DNA from: an uncultured Mycoplasmatota bacterium
Lineage (GTDB): Bacteria > Bacillota_I > Bacilli_A > RF39 > UBA660
NCBI GenBank assembly: GCA_947305065.1
Contig: CAMZCT010000003.1
Location: 23,623 to 87,622, forward strand
Direction: 5' to 3'
DNA length: 64,000 bases
Below are positions 45,982-54,732 of the stretch, in pieces; position 1 is the first letter of the stretch, and each line of letters begins with the position of its first letter. The notes beneath the pieces are model-generated. The model searched no databases. It worked only from the letters and a program-made list of their open reading frames with translations, and was not told the origin of the DNA. Made by a program: the position numbers and the translations under genes.

Positions 45982-47256
45982 ATGAAGAGAAGTATCATAA
46001 AGAGAGATAATTGTACGATTAGTTTTATAAAAAGTAGCAAGTTTAAAAATTGTTCAGTGATGGTATTATTTAAAAGAAAACTTAATAAAGAAGAAATAAC
46101 AGTAAATAATTTGTTAGTAGATTGTTTAACTTATAGTTGTAAAAAATATCCAACTAAGAATCTGTTACAAAAAGAATTAGAGCGATTATATGATGCTAAT
46201 ATTGAGGGTGTTTTTTATAAAACAGGTAAAGAATTTTTTCAAAGGTTTTATCTATCTTTTTTAAATCCAAAGTATTGTGATAAAGGATATGTAAAAGAAG
46301 TATTTAATTTGTTAATGGAAATAATATTTAATCCTAATATAAAAGATAATAAATTTGATGAAGATACTTTTAATATATCTAAAAAGTTCTACTTAGATAC
46401 TTTAACAGCATATAAAGAAGAAGCTCATTATGTGGCTGGTTCAGAGTGCTTAAAATTATTCGCTCCTGATACTATGACGGGATATATAGAAGACGGTAAT
46501 ATTGAAGATTTGGAAAAAATAAAGAATGAAGATGTTGTTAAAGCTTATAATGAAATGATGAGTAACTCAGATTGTAATATTTATATTGTTGGTAATTGTG
46601 ATCCGGAAGAATTTTTGCCAGTTATTGATAATTATTTTGTTAACTATATAAATAAAAAATTAACAAATGATTTGTATGTAAATAATAAAGAAAGACAAGA
46701 AGTTCTTAATGCTTCTAAAAGCGGACCGTTTAAACAAGATGTGTTAATGATTTATTATAATGTTAAACCGACTTCTAAAAGGGATAGATTTGTAGTGTTT
46801 AGTGTTTTTAATAAGATATTTTCTACAGGTGGTTTGAATTCAAAATTATATAAGAGAGTAAGAGAAGAAAACTCTTTATGTTATACAATTGTTGCTACGC
46901 GTTATAGTTATGATAATTGTCTTTCGGTTTATGCAGGAATTAATAAGAAGGATAAAGATAAGTGCTTAGTATTAATTGATCAATGCTTAAATGAGATGGT
47001 AAATGGGGATTTTACTGATAAAGACGTGAAAGATGCAATAAAGGCATTAGAAATAAATATTAAAGGTAGAAGAAATACTTCATTTGGAGTAATGTCAGAG
47101 TATATTTCTATAGATAATTATGATGGTTATGAAGATGAAGAGTTTTTAAGACTATTAAAAGGTGTAACGAAATCAGATGTTATGAGAGTTGCTAAATTAA
47201 TAAAGAAGAATTTAACATTCTTATTATATGGGGAGGAAGAAAATGCAAAAGATTAA
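45982..47256 (+). CDS. M16-family peptidase-like protein, non-catalytic subunit (no HxxEH)
   Basis: Insulinase-like size and layout. Paired with, and overlapping, the catalytic M16 gene, like the Bacillus ymfF/ymfH pair. Confidence 0.65.
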   Translation: MKRSIIKRDNCTISFIKSSKFKNCSVMVLFKRKLNKEEITVNNLLVDCLTYSCKKYPTKNLLQKELERLYDANIEGVFYKTGKEFFQRFYLSFLNPKYCDKGYVKEVFNLLMEIIFNPNIKDNKFDEDTFNISKKFYLDTLTAYKEEAHYVAGSECLKLFAPDTMTGYIEDGNIEDLEKIKNEDVVKAYNEMMSNSDCNIYIVGNCDPEEFLPVIDNYFVNYINKKLTNDLYVNNKERQEVLNASKSGPFKQDVLMIYYNVKPTSKRDRFVVFSVFNKIFSTGGLNSKLYKRVREENSLCYTIVATRYSYDNCLSVYAGINKKDKDKCLVLIDQCLNEMVNGDFTDKDVKDAIKALEINIKGRRNTSFGVMSEYISIDNYDGYEDEEFLRLLKGVTKSDVMRVAKLIKKNLTFLLYGEEENAKD

Positions 47257-48508
47257 ACTAAAAAAAGTTGATCAAGTATTATATTATGATGTTATTTCTA
47301 ATGGTCTTCCTGTTTATATGTTAGTTAATAAAAATGTCAAAGATTTTCATATAAGTTTTACGGTTCGATATGGTGCTATACATACGGAATTTAAAGTAAA
47401 TGATAAGTATTATAAAGTAAGTGATGGGATAGCTCATTTTTTAGAACATGTTAATTTTAATATTGATGATAATGTAACTGCACATAATTTGTTTCAAAAA
47501 TTAGGTTCTCGTATTAATGCTTATACTACTTTTGATCATACTTCTTACTGGGTGATATCAAATAGCAGTTTTAAAAAGAATCTTAATCTTTTATTAGATT
47601 ATGTACAAAAGAGTTATTTTACGGAAAAGATAATAAACAAAGAAAAAGGTATAATAGTTGAAGAAATAAGAAGAGCTAAAAGTGAAATAAATAGAAAAGC
47701 CCTATATGCAACAAATGAGTCTTTGTTTATAAAGGATAAAAGAAGAATAAGTGTGTTAGGTACTGAAGATAATGTAAATGGTATTACTTTGGATGAAGTA
47801 AAATTAGTTCATGAAAATTTTTATCGACCTAATAATATGTTTGTTGTTATTACTGGTAATTTTAATCCTGAAGAGGCTATAAAAATAATAGAAGAAAATC
47901 AAAAAGAGAAACATTTCTCTAATAATAAAGTAGAAGTTATTCAGGAAAGAGAACCGGTAGAAGTTAGTAAGAAACTAATTGAGATTCATGATAAACAAGT
48001 AGAAATACCTAGAGTTATATTAAATTATAAGTTAGATATTAAGAAGTTTAAAAAATATGATTTAGAATTATTAGATTATATATTTTGTATTATTCTTACT
48101 AATAATATTGGTTATACGTCTGATTTAAGAGAAAAATTAGAAAAGGAAGAACTGATATCATCGATGTTTTATGATACCGAGTTCTTAGATGATGTTATAA
48201 CTATTACGATAGGTATGTATAGTAAAAAGGGAGAAAAGACGTTAGAATTAGTTAGAGATAAGATGCATAATCTACAAATTACTGAGGAAGAATTAGAAAG
48301 AAGAAGAAAGGTAAGTATCGCTAATATAATATATGAATATGATTATGTTAGTAGAGTTAATTCTAGTATCGTTTTTTCGGTATTAAAATATAATAAAGTT
48401 TATGATAATTTATACGACCTATACAATAACGTTACCTTGAAAGAAGTAAAGGAAGTTATGAGTCTTATAGATTTAAATAATGAATCAGTAGTGTTATTAA
48501 ACAAATAA
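47243..48508 (+). CDS. M16-family zinc peptidase (pitrilysin/insulinase-like)
   Basis: Inverted zinc motif HFLEH (GIAHFLEHVNF) with a downstream Glu (IIVEEIRR). Start at ATG 47243 after GGGGAGGA. Confidence 0.8.
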   Translation: MQKIKLKKVDQVLYYDVISNGLPVYMLVNKNVKDFHISFTVRYGAIHTEFKVNDKYYKVSDGIAHFLEHVNFNIDDNVTAHNLFQKLGSRINAYTTFDHTSYWVISNSSFKKNLNLLLDYVQKSYFTEKIINKEKGIIVEEIRRAKSEINRKALYATNESLFIKDKRRISVLGTEDNVNGITLDEVKLVHENFYRPNNMFVVITGNFNPEEAIKIIEENQKEKHFSNNKVEVIQEREPVEVSKKLIEIHDKQVEIPRVILNYKLDIKKFKKYDLELLDYIFCIILTNNIGYTSDLREKLEKEELISSMFYDTEFLDDVITITIGMYSKKGEKTLELVRDKMHNLQITEEELERRRKVSIANIIYEYDYVSRVNSSIVFSVLKYNKVYDNLYDLYNNVTLKEVKEVMSLIDLNNESVVLLNK

Positions 48509-48536
48509 AAAACATCTCATATATTGAGATGTTTTT
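48508..48536. terminator. Bidirectional terminator between the M16 gene and rpsD
   Basis: 12-bp stem AAAAACATCTCA/TGAGATGTTTTT with loop TATAT. Confidence 0.8.
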
Positions 48537-48540
48537 ATTA

Positions 48541-49143
48541 TTATCTGTTGTAGTACTCAACGATAAGTGTTTCATTAACTTCTTGGTTAATTTCACTTCT
48601 ATCAGGTAATCTTACTAATTTACCTGTCATCTTCTTAGGATCGAATTCTACAAATGCAGGACGATTTAAAGTAGTTTCTGCAGCTTCTTTAATTGCTGGA
48701 TGGTCTAAAGAGTTTTCTTTAACAGCAACTATGTCTCCAACTTTAACTTGGAAAGATGGAATATTAACTTTTCTACCATTAACAGTAATATGTCCATGGT
48801 TAACTACTTGTCTTGCAGCTCTTCTAGTTTTAGCTAAACCTAAACGATAAACAATATTATCTAATCTAGTTTCTAATAAGAATAATAGGTTATGACCGGC
48901 ATTACCTCTCATCTTAGAAGCTTTATCAAATAATTTGTGGAATTGTTTTTCATTTAGACCATACATTAATCTAACTTTTTGTTTTTCAGCTAACTGAACA
49001 CCATATTCAGAAGATTTACGTCTCTTATCATTTCCATGAATACCAGGAGCATAAGGACGCTTTGCTAATTCTTTACCGTTTTCTAGAATTGAAAAACCTA
49101 GACGACGACTTTTCTTATAAACTGGACCAGTATATCTTGCCAT
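48541..49143 (-). CDS. rpsD: 30S ribosomal protein S4
   Basis: [16 protein letters not shown]... The S4 domain is canonical. Confidence 0.97.
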   Translation of the reverse strand: MARYTGPVYKKSRRLGFSILENGKELAKRPYAPGIHGNDKRRKSSEYGVQLAEKQKVRLMYGLNEKQFHKLFDKASKMRGNAGHNLLFLLETRLDNIVYRLGLAKTRRAARQVVNHGHITVNGRKVNIPSFQVKVGDIVAVKENSLDHPAIKEAAETTLNRPAFVEFDPKKMTGKLVRLPDRSEINQEVNETLIVEYYNR

Positions 49144-49300
49144 AATGAGATCTCCTTTCTATCAATATTGATATATAGGATTGTTATAAATAATATATAG
49201 GGAGTTTATTTAGATATTTTCATTAGGGCAGCCCTAATTACTAATAAACTGAACGTAATAAACACTTTATAATTACTTATAACGCTGCCAAATACATCGC
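49144..49300 (-). promoter_or_regulatory. rpsD 5' leader (candidate S4 autoregulatory leader)
   Basis: ~155-nt untranslated region between the predicted promoter and the rpsD start. Bacillus rpsD is known to be autoregulated through its leader. The structure was not verified here. Confidence 0.35.
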
Positions 49301-49307
49301 ATAATTA

Positions 49308-49335
49308 ATTATACAAGAAAATATGTTTTTGTCAA
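49308..49335 (-). promoter_or_regulatory. Putative sigma-A promoter of rpsD
   Basis: On the minus strand: TTGACA (49335-49330), a 16-nt spacer, then TATAAT (49313-49308). Confidence 0.6.
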
Positions 49336-49418
49336 TGTTTATAGGGCTTTTTGTACCAAAAAATAAAAATCTTGTTATTAAGATTTTTATCTAGTTTGAG
49401 TATTTGTCTTTTGAGCAT

Positions 49419-50003
49419 TTATCTTTTAAGTACTCTAATTATTTCTGGGTCCCAAACGCCTAAGTAATCTCTTGGTTTATCATCTACTGGCCATATTACC
49501 TTTCCTTGGGTAATATAGATTGAGTCTTCTGGTACAACTGCATTAAGTGTTTTGTAAGCTTCTCGACCGTTTAAGCAAAATCCGCTTGGTGCATAATAGT
49601 TTTTTCTACCTTCTGAATCAATTACAGTTTTTGTATCAGAATGAATTGTTACCTTACCATTTTCGCTTGTATAGGCTCTAATTCCTTGTTCTGCATATCG
49701 ATTATTGATTTCATTAATTTGATGCTCTACTCCAAACAAGTAATTGAATGGACAATAATAATGTAAATGGTCAGAGTTTTCAACCAAAAGAGCTCCTGTT
49801 ATAGCTAGTCCTGCTGCTATTCCTATAGCTGCGATTAAATTGGTTATTTTTCCGCTCTTTTTTCTTTCTTCACATTCTTCACTTTGTTGTGCTTCGTTAA
49901 TGTTTAATATTGCCCCACAATTTGGACACTCATAATATTGTTCTATTCCTGTAGGCTTAATTGTTGCACCACACGATGGACATTTTAATTCTTTTATTTC
50001 CAT
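49419..50003 (-). CDS. Hypothetical protein: N-terminal zinc ribbon + TM + extracytoplasmic domain
   Basis: CPSCGA...CPNCGA zinc ribbon. TM is LIAAIGIAAGLAITGALLV. A terminator hairpin (aaaaatctt/aagattttt) lies downstream at ~49365-49390. Confidence 0.6.
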   Translation of the reverse strand: MEIKELKCPSCGATIKPTGIEQYYECPNCGAILNINEAQQSEECEERKKSGKITNLIAAIGIAAGLAITGALLVENSDHLHYYCPFNYLFGVEHQINEINNRYAEQGIRAYTSENGKVTIHSDTKTVIDSEGRKNYYAPSGFCLNGREAYKTLNAVVPEDSIYITQGKVIWPVDDKPRDYLGVWDPEIIRVLKR

Positions 50004-50169
50004 TTTATTATTCCTCCTTTTGGTGGCTTGATTATACCTCTAATTGGATTAATGGTCAAATCTTGCTTCCTAATTGAATAAATGGGTATGGGTTTAATGT
50101 TATATAAAAGTATTAATAAATAATTGTATTATATGTTAGATTATAATAATGGAGTGAGGTATAAGGTAT

Positions 50170-50793
50170 ATGAAGGATAAATTAATACTCTTTGATTGGG
50201 GAAATATTGTAGAATCGCATACGACTGGTTTTTCGTGTAAAGATGCCCTTAATGAAACCTTTAGGTAATGTGGTTATAAAGGGGAAAAAGATATATTTCG
50301 TTTACTAGGCATGTACAAATTAAACAGCATAATGACTGAAGAAGATTTTGTTACTACTTATGAATTAATGAAAAAAGAGTTTAATTTTAATACATCATTC
50401 GAGGAATTTATGGAAATTTATAAAAGAGTGTTTGATAAGATTGATTATTATAAAGATGTTGCAAATTATGAAGTATCACTTAAAGATAGATGTAAAATAG
50501 GAGTTTTTTCTAATTTAGCAATCTTTGATAAAGAAAGATTGGATAAATTAGAAAATCTTAAAAATTATGATTATGTATTTTTATCTTTTGAATATGGTTT
50601 AAGAAAACCAGAAAGCGAATTCTATAAAGCTGTTCAAAGTAAATTACCTTTTTCTAGGGAGGATATCTTATTTATTGATGATCGAAGTGATAATGTAGAT
50701 GCAGCTTTAAAAGCTGGTTGGAATGCTTTTCAAGCAACAGGTTTAGAACTTGATAGAATAAAAGAAAAATGTGAAGAATTCTTAAATAATTAA
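50170..50793 (+). pseudogene. HAD-IA family hydrolase interrupted by a single in-frame TAA (codon 33)
   Basis: ATG 50170 (RBS GGAGTGAGG) encodes MKDKLILFDWGNIV... (HAD motif I) up to TAA at 50266-50268. The same frame continues into the ORF-track ORF 50311..50793, which carries motif II (GVFSN), motif III (RKPE) and motif IV (FIDDRSDN). Confidence 0.7.
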
Positions 50794-50854
50794 TAATGTG
50801 ACATAAATACTTCCTAATTAAATAATATTATTTACTTAGAAAGAAGGTAAATAT

Positions 50855-51343
50855 ATGATTAAATTAGATCAGTATAGAGACACGTGGTTAAAAGAAAAGA
50901 TGGATGATGTAATAGGTTTTTATCCAAGAGAGTTTTATCCACTTGATAATTTTTCTTCATTTAAAGTAGAAGTTGATGGTTATTTGTATGCTTCTTTAGA
51001 AGAAGCTTTTCAAAGTTCTTTATTTTTACCTGATTATCCAGATATTTCTCAAAAAATAAAAAACAGTCATTCTGCACATGAAGCGCAGAAAATAATGTTT
51101 GAAAATATAGATAAAGTAAAATATTCTTTTGATGAACAATTGGTTATTATGGAAAAATTATTAAGAATTAAATCGGAACAAAATCCCTATGTAAAGAAAA
51201 AGTTATTAGAAACCAAAGATTATACAATAGTTGAAGATTCGCCAAAAGATTCTTATTGGGGATGGGGAATTAATAGAGATGGTGAAAATCAACTAGGTAA
51301 ATTGTGGATGAAGTTAAGGGAAGAGATTAAGAAACAAGAATAA
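50855..51343 (+). CDS. NADAR (YbiA-like, DUF1768) family protein
   Basis: F(Y)PLDNFS...YASLEEAFQS...YWGWG...GENQLGKLWMKLR, the pattern typical of NADAR domains. Confidence 0.7.
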   Translation: MIKLDQYRDTWLKEKMDDVIGFYPREFYPLDNFSSFKVEVDGYLYASLEEAFQSSLFLPDYPDISQKIKNSHSAHEAQKIMFENIDKVKYSFDEQLVIMEKLLRIKSEQNPYVKKKLLETKDYTIVEDSPKDSYWGWGINRDGENQLGKLWMKLREEIKKQE

Positions 51344-51344
51344 T

Positions 51345-51368
51345 AAACAGATAGATTATCTGTTTTTT
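51345..51368 (+). terminator. Rho-independent terminator
   Basis: Stem AAACAGATA/TATCTGTTT with a short loop, then a T-run. Confidence 0.6.
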
Positions 51369-51451
51369 ATAATATTAAAATTATTTCAGCTATATTTTAT
51401 TATAAATTTGTGGTAATATAATAATAGTTAATTTAGAATAGGAGGAATATT

Positions 51452-53170
51452 ATGAGTCAGACAGCTTATATACTTGCTGGAGTTACTTTTTACTTAGTAA
51501 GTATCATAATATTAGTTATTGTTCTAAATATCATTAATAATAATGAAAAGAAGAGATACAGAAATGAAATTAACTCTTTAGAGAGAGAAAAGAATTTAAT
51601 TATTTCATCAGCTATTTTAAGTGAAATACATAAAGTTGAAGCATTGATTAGTAACAATGATAGAATGCAAGAGAAGTTAGATGATTGGAAGGAACGTTTT
51701 AACGAAATAAAGGATAAAGATGTTCCGAAAATAACTGATGAATTAATAGAAATAGAAGATTTATTTAATGATAAGGACTATTCTTCTTTAGATGAGAAGA
51801 TAGCACCAGTAGAACTAGAAATTTACTATGTTAAAACTAAAACTAATTTCTTGTTAGATGAAATAAAAGAAATAACTTTATCTGAAGAAAAGAATAGGGA
51901 TAGTATAATTAAATTAAAAGCTGAATACCGTGAAATAGTTAGTAAATATAACAATAATAAAAATGATTATAAAGAAGTTAGTGATTCGCTTGAATTACAA
52001 TTTGAAAATGTTGATAAACTATTTGCAGCTTTTGAAGTGGCTATGGAAAATAATAGCTATGAAGAAGTTGGTAAAATAGTTAAAGGTATTTCTGATATTA
52101 TTGGTAATTTAAATATTATCGTTGATGAAGCTCCAACAATTATCTTATTAGGTAATAATTTGATACCTAGTAAAATAGAAGATGTTAGAAATGTTTATAG
52201 TAGAATGACTAAAGATGGATATAATTTAGATTATCTTAATTTAGAATACAATATCGAAGAAACTAAGAAGAAAATATCAGATATATTTGATAAACTTAAT
52301 GTTTTAAATGTTGAAGATAGTACACAGGATTTAAAGACAATATTAGATTATTTTGATGGATTATATACTAATTTTGATGAAGAGAGAAATGCAAAAAAAA
52401 TCTTTGAAGAATATACAAGAAAAATAATAGTTAGAGCAAATAAAATAGAAAAAGTTAATAATAGTTTGTATAGAAAACTAGATGTAATTAAATATAGTTA
52501 TGATTTATCTGATCAAGATGTTAAAGTTATAGAAGTAATTAAACAGGAAATATATGCAATAAAAAGGGATTATGATGAGATTATTAATGCTCATAGAACG
52601 GGTTCTTTCGCTTATACAAGATTAGGTAAAGAAATGGAAGCATTAAATAATAGATTGAATAAAACAGAAGAAAGATTAAATAGTGCTCTTCATAATCTTG
52701 GTGGATTAGAAGAAGATGAATCAAGAGCAAGAGAACAACTTGTGGAAATAACAGAAATTATGCGTAAGGGTAAAGAAAAAGTGTTCTCATATAATCTACC
52801 AGTTATTCCTCAAACTTATTATGTTCAAATAGATGAAGCGGAAGCAGCTGTAGAAGAGATGGTAAGAGAACTAAATATGCAACCAATTAGTATTAAGACT
52901 TTAAATATTAGGGTTGATACAGCAAGAGACTTGGTTCTAAAGGTTTATAATACAGCTAATCAAATAGTAAAAACAGCAGCAATGGCAGAAATGGCAGTTG
53001 TATATGGTAATAGGTATAGAACAGTTAATAAGGGGATGAATGAAGCGTTAAAAGTATCTGAAGATTGTTTTTATAAAGGAGAATATAAAAAGTCTTTAGA
53101 GAGTACTATGAGGGCTTTAAATAACATTGAACCAGGGGTTTCAGAAAAACTATTGAATGGTTTGAAATAA
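51452..53170 (+). CDS. ezrA: Septation ring formation regulator EzrA
   Basis: Single N-terminal TM followed by ~540 aa of coiled-coil repeats. The length and the rpsD...ezrA...nifZ-thiI neighbourhood match Bacillus. Confidence 0.75.
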   Translation: MSQTAYILAGVTFYLVSIIILVIVLNIINNNEKKRYRNEINSLEREKNLIISSAILSEIHKVEALISNNDRMQEKLDDWKERFNEIKDKDVPKITDELIEIEDLFNDKDYSSLDEKIAPVELEIYYVKTKTNFLLDEIKEITLSEEKNRDSIIKLKAEYREIVSKYNNNKNDYKEVSDSLELQFENVDKLFAAFEVAMENNSYEEVGKIVKGISDIIGNLNIIVDEAPTIILLGNNLIPSKIEDVRNVYSRMTKDGYNLDYLNLEYNIEETKKKISDIFDKLNVLNVEDSTQDLKTILDYFDGLYTNFDEERNAKKIFEEYTRKIIVRANKIEKVNNSLYRKLDVIKYSYDLSDQDVKVIEVIKQEIYAIKRDYDEIINAHRTGSFAYTRLGKEMEALNNRLNKTEERLNSALHNLGGLEEDESRAREQLVEITEIMRKGKEKVFSYNLPVIPQTYYVQIDEAEAAVEEMVRELNMQPISIKTLNIRVDTARDLVLKVYNTANQIVKTAAMAEMAVVYGNRYRTVNKGMNEALKVSEDCFYKGEYKKSLESTMRALNNIEPGVSEKLLNGLK

Positions 53171-53209
53171 GAATGGTAACATTCTTATTTTTTGAAGAGA
53201 GTGATATTG

Positions 53210-54307
53210 ATGGTTTATTTGGATTATGCTTCTTCAACACCGGTTGATGAAGAAATACTAAAGACTTATTCTAAGGCATCGTTAGAATACTATAATAAAA
53301 TGACTTGTCCTAATGATTTAGGAATAAGAAGTAGACATTTATATAATACTTCTATAAATGAAATGGCTAAGAATATGGGAGTATCTAATGATGAATTATT
53401 ATTAACTAATGGAAATAATTATGATGTGTTATTAGATATTATAAATACTAATAGGAAAAGTAAGAATAGAGTGATTATATCAAAGTTAGAAGTACCGGCA
53501 ATGTATGAGTTTGTTAAAGTACTGGAAGATAATAATCTAAAGATTGATTATGTTAATAATGATGAAGATGGTTTAATAGATTTAAATGATTTAAAAGATT
53601 TAATTACTTCAGAGACGTTATTAGTTAGTATTCCTTATGTTAATGGTGAATTAGGTATACGTGAACCTATAAAGAGCGTTAAACAAGTGATAAAGAAGAT
53701 AAATGAAGATATACTTTTATTTTCTGATTTGAGTTTTGCTTTTGGCAGAGTAAATGTTAATTTTAAAGATATAGATATTGGTATGATGGTTACTGATAAT
53801 CTATATGGAATAAAAGGTAAAGGAATAATATATAAAAGAAGTGATTTGAAAATAACGAATGATTATTCTATTGAGTTACCTAGTGTTGTAGCTTTAGCAA
53901 AAATGGTTGAAGTAAGTATTGATTCTTTAATGGATAGAGAAAGAAAAGTAGTAGATTTAAATAGTAGAATAGTTGATAAATTAAAAGATTATAAAGGGTT
54001 ACTATTTAATAGTAATAAGTATAGTATTCCTTATATAATTAATATTAGTTTTATGGATAGGTATACTGAAGATATAGTTAATAGTATGAATGATTATGAG
54101 GTGTATCTTAGTAATGCTGATGAAAATAGTCAGTTGAGTACCAGTGTTATGGCAGTATATGGAGATAAAATAAGAAGCTTAACTAGTGTTAGAATTAGTT
54201 TATCTCATTTAACTAGTTATAGAGATGTTGATTATTTTTTAGAAGTGTTTAATAATATTTATTATGAGAGAGGAGTTAGTTATGAAAAAGATAATAGTAA
54301 TGATTAG
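53210..54307 (+). CDS. Cysteine desulfurase (IscS/NifZ)-like protein, predicted catalytically inactive
   Basis: Collinear with IscS (VYLDYASSTPVD; VSIPYVNGELG; SVRISLSHLTSYRDVDY). However, SGHK (PLP Lys) is TDNL, SSGSACTS (catalytic Cys) is SNADENS, and TEHKA is LEVPA. Confidence 0.75.
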   Translation: MVYLDYASSTPVDEEILKTYSKASLEYYNKMTCPNDLGIRSRHLYNTSINEMAKNMGVSNDELLLTNGNNYDVLLDIINTNRKSKNRVIISKLEVPAMYEFVKVLEDNNLKIDYVNNDEDGLIDLNDLKDLITSETLLVSIPYVNGELGIREPIKSVKQVIKKINEDILLFSDLSFAFGRVNVNFKDIDIGMMVTDNLYGIKGKGIIYKRSDLKITNDYSIELPSVVALAKMVEVSIDSLMDRERKVVDLNSRIVDKLKDYKGLLFNSNKYSIPYIINISFMDRYTEDIVNSMNDYEVYLSNADENSQLSTSVMAVYGDKIRSLTSVRISLSHLTSYRDVDYFLEVFNNIYYERGVSYEKDNSND

Positions 54308-54653
54308 TATAATGTTATTAATTTGTGGATGTACAGGTAGAAATGATAAAAAAGAAGTTAAGGGGGAAATTACTAGCGTTAATTGTGAAGAAGCATTAGA
54401 TATACAAGCTGATGAAGGTTTATTAGTGGATGTAAGAGAAAAAGAAGAGTTTGAAGAAAGTCATTTAGAAGGGGCAGTAAATATTTCTGAAAAAGTAATT
54501 GAAGAAAAAATAGATCAATATGCTACGGATAAAGATACTCCCATAATAGTATATTGTAAAAGTGGTAAAAGAAGTGCTTCGGCTGCTAAAAAATTATTAG
54601 AAGCTGGTTATACAAACATATATGATTTAGGTTCAATAAACAACTGTAGTTAG
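54282..54653 (+). CDS. Exported (probable lipoprotein) single-domain rhodanese
   Basis: Signal peptide MKKIIVMISIMLLICGC (lipobox-like ICGC). Rhodanese active-site loop VYCKSGKRS. Overlaps the 3' end of the desulfurase-like gene by 26 nt. Confidence 0.75.
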   Translation: MKKIIVMISIMLLICGCTGRNDKKEVKGEITSVNCEEALDIQADEGLLVDVREKEEFEESHLEGAVNISEKVIEEKIDQYATDKDTPIIVYCKSGKRSASAAKKLLEAGYTNIYDLGSINNCS

Positions 54654-54732
54654 GAGATTTATGTCTCTTTTTTCTTGCAATCATTTGGATAATATGTATA
54701 ATTAAATTGGGATTTTTGAATGAGGTATATAT

